In this document: in pieces, positions 59,132 to 64,000 of the stretch
Layout of the letters: each line of letters begins with the position of its first letter
Numbering within the stretch: the stretch's first letter is position 1
Source: a virus
IMG/VR virus record: IMGVR_UViG_3300028584_001239
Direction: 5' to 3' (one strand)
Length of the DNA stretch: 64,000 nucleotides
Notes under the pieces: generated by a model
Database searches by the model: none
What the model was told of the DNA's origin: nothing
The model's input: only the letters and a program-made list of their open reading frames with translations
Position numbers and translations under genes: made by a program

Positions 59132-60187
59132 TTATTCTTTGATATATTCCACATCAATGTGATTGAGCTTATCCATAAGTTCCATCAGAATTTTATCATT
59201 TTTGTCAATCACAACATCATCCTTGCTGGCACAGTTTTCTTCAAAATGGTTAATAGTGCTTTGAACAGTCAAATCAGCATAGCAGTTACGAAGCACTTTA
59301 TAGCCGTCAGTATCACACTCCTGACCAGCATACACAGATTCAGCCCAAGGCATATTAATACCTGCCATGAATGCACTGAAGAAATTGACTTTTTGAGCAT
59401 TTAAAAACTCTTCATCACCTAAGCTTGGTAAATCTGGATCTAACTGATTTGCTTTTAAGTAAGCATATTCACCATAGTTAGGTTCACTGAGTATTTCATT
59501 GACTTTCATGTCTCGACGGCAACCTAACAATATCAGATCTGTACTTTTAGTAAAAGATTCTTCGTCATTACCTTTAGCGAGATGAGCCGCCAATTCTTTG
59601 GCAGTAAGAGCAGCAATACGATCAGCATAATCTTTTGAAACTGCGTCAGCTTTCACTTGTTTATCAGCCATATCTTTTATCGCTTCTGCCAGATAATGGT
59701 CAAATCCATAACTGCCATAATTTTCAGACGTATATCCCTCTATACTCTTATCCAACTTACCATACAAAGTATAATCTGAAATAATACGGTCAAAAACTTT
59801 TTTATGAATAGCAACATAACTAATACGGCCATAACTACAGGATTTGTTTTCGTGAGTGAGTTCAAAGAATGTATCCCAGTTGAAATTTTCAATATCAATT
59901 TCATCATCATCATCATCACTACTACGCCTACCACCTGTAACACCATCCTGAAGAGCCGCAGCCAGCAAGTCTAGAACACGTTCAGACATCGGGCCTTCTT
60001 CAACTTCAAATTGACCATAGTCGTGATATTTAGCATTCACAAATAAGGGAAAAATAGAGCAGTTGGCATGCATATAAATAGGTCTTTCTTTGCTGTATTT
60101 TACGAAAATAGGAATAAGTACAGCGTCTTCCTGATCGTAACAGAATGGATGACGTGTTACGGCACAATTCATGTAAAAAGAACCCAT
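59132..60187 (-). CDS. Hypothetical protein
   Basis: 351-aa ORF, operon with 60190 gene. Confidence 0.8.
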   Translation of the reverse strand: MGSFYMNCAVTRHPFCYDQEDAVLIPIFVKYSKERPIYMHANCSIFPLFVNAKYHDYGQFEVEEGPMSERVLDLLAAALQDGVTGGRRSSDDDDDEIDIENFNWDTFFELTHENKSCSYGRISYVAIHKKVFDRIISDYTLYGKLDKSIEGYTSENYGSYGFDHYLAEAIKDMADKQVKADAVSKDYADRIAALTAKELAAHLAKGNDEESFTKSTDLILLGCRRDMKVNEILSEPNYGEYAYLKANQLDPDLPSLGDEEFLNAQKVNFFSAFMAGINMPWAESVYAGQECDTDGYKVLRNCYADLTVQSTINHFEENCASKDDVVIDKNDKILMELMDKLNHIDVEYIKE

Positions 60188-60189
60188 AA

Positions 60190-60738
60190 TTAATTATCTC
60201 CCGTTATTTTGTCGTTCTCGACTGGTTTTAGTTCACAGACTTCATTAAAGCCTTCTTTATTTGTTTTAACGATAGATCCACCGCTGATGAAGATTTCACC
60301 ATTATCACTATCGTCTTCACCTTGATATGTTAACTTGCCATCGGTTGTATAGGTAACACCCCACTTAACCAGCATATTGTCATGAATATAAACTAGCCAT
60401 TCTAAATAAGAATAGAATTTTTCAGCACCATTCCATTCAATAGCTGATAGATCTTCTGTAGCGACCCAATTACACCAAAGTCCCGGTTGCGTGGAAGGTG
60501 GTTCATTGTGGTCAATAATAGAACCGTCTTTACTTCCGTAGTCGAAAACACAGAATTCACCTTGGACACCAATAGGTAATTTAACTGACTCGCGTACTGG
60601 ATCATCAAATGATTGACAAAGAGTTGCATCTCTGCCCATACGTCGAGTTTCCGAAAATTTATTAATGTAATGAGCTTGTTCTTCTGTTAAAGCTCTTGAT
60701 AATGATATTTGACCTTCAAAGTCTGTAGTATAGCCCAT
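60190..60738 (-). CDS. Hypothetical protein
   Basis: SD AGGAG; MGYTTDFEG, QPGLWCNW, EKFYSYLEWL, QGED motifs. Confidence 0.8.
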   Translation of the reverse strand: MGYTTDFEGQISLSRALTEEQAHYINKFSETRRMGRDATLCQSFDDPVRESVKLPIGVQGEFCVFDYGSKDGSIIDHNEPPSTQPGLWCNWVATEDLSAIEWNGAEKFYSYLEWLVYIHDNMLVKWGVTYTTDGKLTYQGEDDSDNGEIFISGGSIVKTNKEGFNEVCELKPVENDKITGDN

Positions 60739-60786
60739 AAATTCTCCTATTTTGTGAAAACAGAAAAACCTCCGAAGAGGCTCCCG

Positions 60787-61335
60787 TTATTTTTTTGCGT
60801 TTTTGTAGAGTTGATTGACATGTTCCCAGTCAGGTGAAGCTCCATCCCACATATCCCAGTCAGGATATTTTGCTTTTGCGTCTTCAAGACGTGGAACAGT
60901 GACTGTTTCAAAAGCAGCAAAGTCTTCTTTCATCATTTCGTAAACATTAGATGGAAGCTTATCTTCTGCTAGCTTGTAATAATCAACCACGTCTGGATGG
61001 CTAGAATGTTTCTTCAACAGACGTTGAAACTCTTTAACATTCTTTTCGAGTTTTGCATACAGTGGAGCCAATACATTATAAGCATGAAGGTTGAAACCCA
61101 GCTTATAAACAACTCGCATTTCTGGATAATCACCCAACATACGACATTGAGCATCATACAGTTCATTAAGAGCCGGTGAAACAGTGTTCATACGCTTAAC
61201 AAAGGACATAGACGCCTTACGCTTTTCTTGGTCATCAGCACCAGTCGGTTCAAAATTGAATTCCAAAACAGCAACTGGGTTCAGTTTATAGTTCTGCAGA
61301 AAGAACTGAAACATTTCAAGTGATTTATATTGCAT
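60787..61335 (-). CDS. Hypothetical protein
   Basis: SD AGGAAG; hairpin downstream. Confidence 0.75.
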   Translation of the reverse strand: MQYKSLEMFQFFLQNYKLNPVAVLEFNFEPTGADDQEKRKASMSFVKRMNTVSPALNELYDAQCRMLGDYPEMRVVYKLGFNLHAYNVLAPLYAKLEKNVKEFQRLLKKHSSHPDVVDYYKLAEDKLPSNVYEMMKEDFAAFETVTVPRLEDAKAKYPDWDMWDGASPDWEHVNQLYKNAKK

Positions 61336-61519
61336 AATGGACTTCCTATTAAAATTAGTTGATGGATTGTATCATTTATCTAGGTTTTGGTCAATAAAAA
61401 TATTGATAATTATGACTATTATTGAACAGAAAGATTATAACACTATTCGTGTCTATAATGGAAGCTTTATTGAAAATTTAATTCAAAAAAAGAGCCATCA
61501 GGCTCTTCAAATTAAGGTT

Positions 61520-61711
61520 TCATTTTGGTTCATTTAAGTCATCAAGAGACTTAAGGTCTACGGTCGGTCTTTTTTTTCGCTTGTCTTTCTCTGGATTAGC
61601 TCTCACTGTTAAAAAGTAAAAAAAGCTTAAAGGAACAAGCGATGTAAGCAGTATTACCATTATGGCTAAGTTCGTAAAGAAATAGTTATCCATAGGTACC
61701 TCCAACAACAA
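61520..61711 (-). CDS. Small single-TM protein
   Basis: Likely start MDNYF after GGAGG; hydrophobic helix followed by basic tail. Confidence 0.6.
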   Translation of the reverse strand: MLLEVPMDNYFFTNLAIMVILLTSLVPLSFFYFLTVRANPEKDKRKKRPTVDLKSLDDLNEPK

Positions 61712-61747
61712 TTGGTTAACCCTATTATAACATTTTATATCGAAAAA

Positions 61748-62134
61748 TCAAATCCAGTCACTTGGAGCCAGTTCTGGAAGTCCATGTTTTGCCCTTGCAC
61801 GGTCACATCGTGGCTCTTTCTGACCAAATTGGTACGAACCATCAAAGTCTCTACAAGAGCTAGAACGTGTTTCATATTTGCTGCATTGACTGTCTTTACC
61901 AATGGTGCCTACAAGGTTAACACAACGAGGGTCTTTGGCTGTGTCAGTACCTTTCATAGCGATAAGGTGGGGTTGAGTGATTGTTACAGTATCCTCATCA
62001 GGGACTGTGCCACCTGCTGATTGTGCTTCAAGCCAGTGAAAAGAGACTCGAAAGAAAGCACAGCAGGCACCACAGCCTACACAGGGATTTTTTTCTTTGC
62101 TCGTAACGATGATATCAGTCATTGCAGCCTCCAA
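61748..62134 (-). CDS. ykgJ: YkgJ-family cysteine cluster (CxxCxxCC) protein
   Basis: NPCVGCGACCAFFRVSF.W.EA, GGTVP, PRCVNL.G..G, RSSSCRDF, CDRARAKHGLP. Confidence 0.85.
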   Translation of the reverse strand: MEAAMTDIIVTSKEKNPCVGCGACCAFFRVSFHWLEAQSAGGTVPDEDTVTITQPHLIAMKGTDTAKDPRCVNLVGTIGKDSQCSKYETRSSSCRDFDGSYQFGQKEPRCDRARAKHGLPELAPSDWI

Positions 62135-62184
62135 AATGATTTGTTTGAAGCATTATTATACTACTTTTTAAAATCGCACGCAAT

Positions 62185-62212
62185 AAAAAACCCCTATGAA
62201 GGGGCTTTTTTT
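62185..62212 (-). terminator. Intrinsic terminator after adk
   Basis: CCCC-tatgaa-GGGG flanked by A and T tracts. Confidence 0.7.
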
Positions 62213-62221
62213 AACAATGAA

Positions 62222-62866
62222 TTAACGCAAAGCTTCAAGAACCGATTGAGTAATAACGCTGAGTTCACCCACACCATCAATGCTACTGAAATTGATACGA
62301 CCTTCTTTGCCCTCTTTTGCATAATATTCAACCACTGGCATGGTCTTTTCAGCATAAGTGCTAAGGCGTGGTAAAATCACTTCTGCGGTGTCATCTTTAC
62401 GTTGAATCAACGCTTCACCTGTTTCATTATCAAGCCATTCTACTTTTGGCTTGTTGAAGATTTTGTGGTAAACGCGACCTGACGGCTCATGGACAAGACG
62501 GCCAGTGATACGTTCAACAATCAAATCAAATGGCACACGAATTTCAATCACATGATCAACATGAATGCCCATGCTGGTCATTTTGAGGGCTTGAACATGA
62601 GTTCGTGGAAAACCATCAAGAATGAATCCATTTTTGCAGTCTGGTTGGGCAATACGATCTTCAATAATAGAAATAATCATTTCATCAGAAACGAATTGAC
62701 CATTATCAATAAGTGATTTAATCAAATCACCACGTTCGGTACCACTTTCTTTTTCGAGACGAAGCATATCGCCAGTCGAAATGTGTGGGATCGAGAATTT
62801 TTCTGAAATAAATTTTGCTTGTGTCCCTTTGCCAGAACCGGGAGCACCGAGTAAAACAACTTTCAT
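62222..62866 (-). CDS. adk: Adenylate kinase
   Basis: LLGAPGSGKGTQA, HISTGDMLR, GFILDGFPRT, Gram-negative-type LID HEPSGRVYH..TGEALIQRKDD. Confidence 0.95.
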   Translation of the reverse strand: MKVVLLGAPGSGKGTQAKFISEKFSIPHISTGDMLRLEKESGTERGDLIKSLIDNGQFVSDEMIISIIEDRIAQPDCKNGFILDGFPRTHVQALKMTSMGIHVDHVIEIRVPFDLIVERITGRLVHEPSGRVYHKIFNKPKVEWLDNETGEALIQRKDDTAEVILPRLSTYAEKTMPVVEYYAKEGKEGRINFSSIDGVGELSVITQSVLEALR

Positions 62867-62939
62867 ATGTAGACCTCCAATGAATAGATGACCATTATAG
62901 CAAAAAAAGAAGCTGAGATCAAATTAAAATGTAAAAAAA

Positions 62940-63965
62940 TTAAAATAATGCCATATCAAGAACTTCAAGATCTTTTACTGTAATGTTGTCTCGATCTGTG
63001 GCTAGAATGTCGCAAATTGTTGATGTTACTTCATTAAATTGTTTTTGATAAAATTTTTCAAAAGTGTCAATTTTTGGAGATGTTGGATTTGTTGAAATGT
63101 TAATACCAATACTATGTCCAAACGTAAATATATCTGATCCAATCTCGATAAAAAATAAAGTATCCATTGCCTGTATATCAGTTTTAGTTGAAAAAGAATG
63201 GTTAGCAAAAGTTAGTGATAAATCTTTAATTTTTTGATTTCTTTTTGTCATGTTGTAATAAAAAAACATCATAGAAAGTATATTAATAAGCAATCCAATA
63301 TCATTTTCATTCATTGATTTTTTAAGTGTTTTTTTAAGAATAGATAAATCATTAAGAGAGATCTTCATACTAATAAATGGTTTCATATCATCAATAACAA
63401 GGCGATTATCAATAATTGAAATTGAATTATCCCACAGCATCTTTTTTTCTTCAGTCTTCATAATAAATGATTTAACGTCATTTTGGTTAATAATCTCTTC
63501 GAGTTCAGAGGTAGATATAGGATGAACCAGAGAATGAATGTAAGTTCTATTAATATATTCCTCATGAGTTTCATTTAACATATTTTCAAAAACAGTGTTA
63601 TCAATAATCATATCGGGCTTATTGAAATATTCCTCTATTTTGCTTTTTAAAACATTTAATAAAGAAAAATAAACACAATTGAAAGAAAGATTATCTAACT
63701 TAATTACACTATGTCGTGTAGACAAAGAAAAATTTTCTAAGCCAAAACAGTCAATCTCAAAATATGAGTTTTCAGCGTATACATGATTTGGTAAAACAGT
63801 AAAAGTGCAACCTTCATTATAAGATTCACGAATCTCACCATTAAATAAGTTGTCAATAAAAGACAATAAAGTAGTCAATTGTTTGATTTCTGATTTCCTA
63901 TAGTTAGGCATAATTATCGAATAAAATAAATCATCATTAATAAATTTAAAATGAGAAATTGCCAT
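62940..63965 (-). CDS. Hypothetical protein with C-terminal MxxF variant of the motif
   Basis: 341 aa; ends ITVKDLEVLDMALF. Confidence 0.85.
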   Translation of the reverse strand: MAISHFKFINDDLFYSIIMPNYRKSEIKQLTTLLSFIDNLFNGEIRESYNEGCTFTVLPNHVYAENSYFEIDCFGLENFSLSTRHSVIKLDNLSFNCVYFSLLNVLKSKIEEYFNKPDMIIDNTVFENMLNETHEEYINRTYIHSLVHPISTSELEEIINQNDVKSFIMKTEEKKMLWDNSISIIDNRLVIDDMKPFISMKISLNDLSILKKTLKKSMNENDIGLLINILSMMFFYYNMTKRNQKIKDLSLTFANHSFSTKTDIQAMDTLFFIEIGSDIFTFGHSIGINISTNPTSPKIDTFEKFYQKQFNEVTSTICDILATDRDNITVKDLEVLDMALF

Positions 63966-64000
63966 TTGGTGAATAGGGTTTGGAATATATTTACCCCATA

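Noticed and set aside
61337-61537. Plus-strand 66-aa ORF in an intergenic region
   Set aside because: No SD; overlaps the promoter and terminator of minus-strand genes
179-62716. Numerous antisense or nested ORFs in the track (e.g. 179..421, 1395..1715, 20616..21110, 27532..28008, 37757..38413, 58003..58635, 62021..62374)
   Set aside because: They lie wholly within or opposite well-supported genes, lack SD sites and have atypical composition; shadow ORFs
3682-63965. Integron- or shufflon-like DNA recombination sites explaining the shared gene 3' ends
   Set aside because: DNA at the gene ends differs at synonymous positions and no attC-like palindrome or conserved crossover repeat is visible; no recombinase in the window
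1-64000. tRNA, rRNA genes or CRISPR arrays
   Set aside because: No cloverleaf/TPsiC signatures or regularly spaced direct repeats found by eye; hairpins seen are terminators or IS ends

Overview
Strongly AT-rich, densely coded accessory region (about 85 CDSs, standard genetic code, frequent strand switches). Most likely a jumbo bacteriophage of a proteobacterial host; a very large plasmid or phage-plasmid cannot be excluded because no capsid, tail, terminase, polymerase or Rep gene lies in the window. Recognisable genes: an IS608-like non-autonomous tnpB element, FMN-binding glutamate synthase family protein, tandem-domain Pth2, R2K-type ATP-grasp, Dam-like adenine MTase, AlkB, NAGPA-type glycosidase, Imm11-like protein, HNH nuclease, ParB-like protein, HD-Pnk, YkgJ and Adk. 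Most genes are hypothetical, often tandem paralogs, and many have their own sigma70-like promoter and intrinsic terminator. Main unexplained signals: (1) 15 intact, largely dissimilar proteins plus one collapsed pseudogene share a C-terminal motif [LVI]-h-x-M-x-x-[IF]-stop; (2) two unannotated 8-codon micro-ORFs (MREEDHGF, MQEEYEGL), each with a strong SD and placed directly before a terminator. No tRNA, rRNA or CRISPR array was seen. Family calls are by motif recognition only; no database searches were run.
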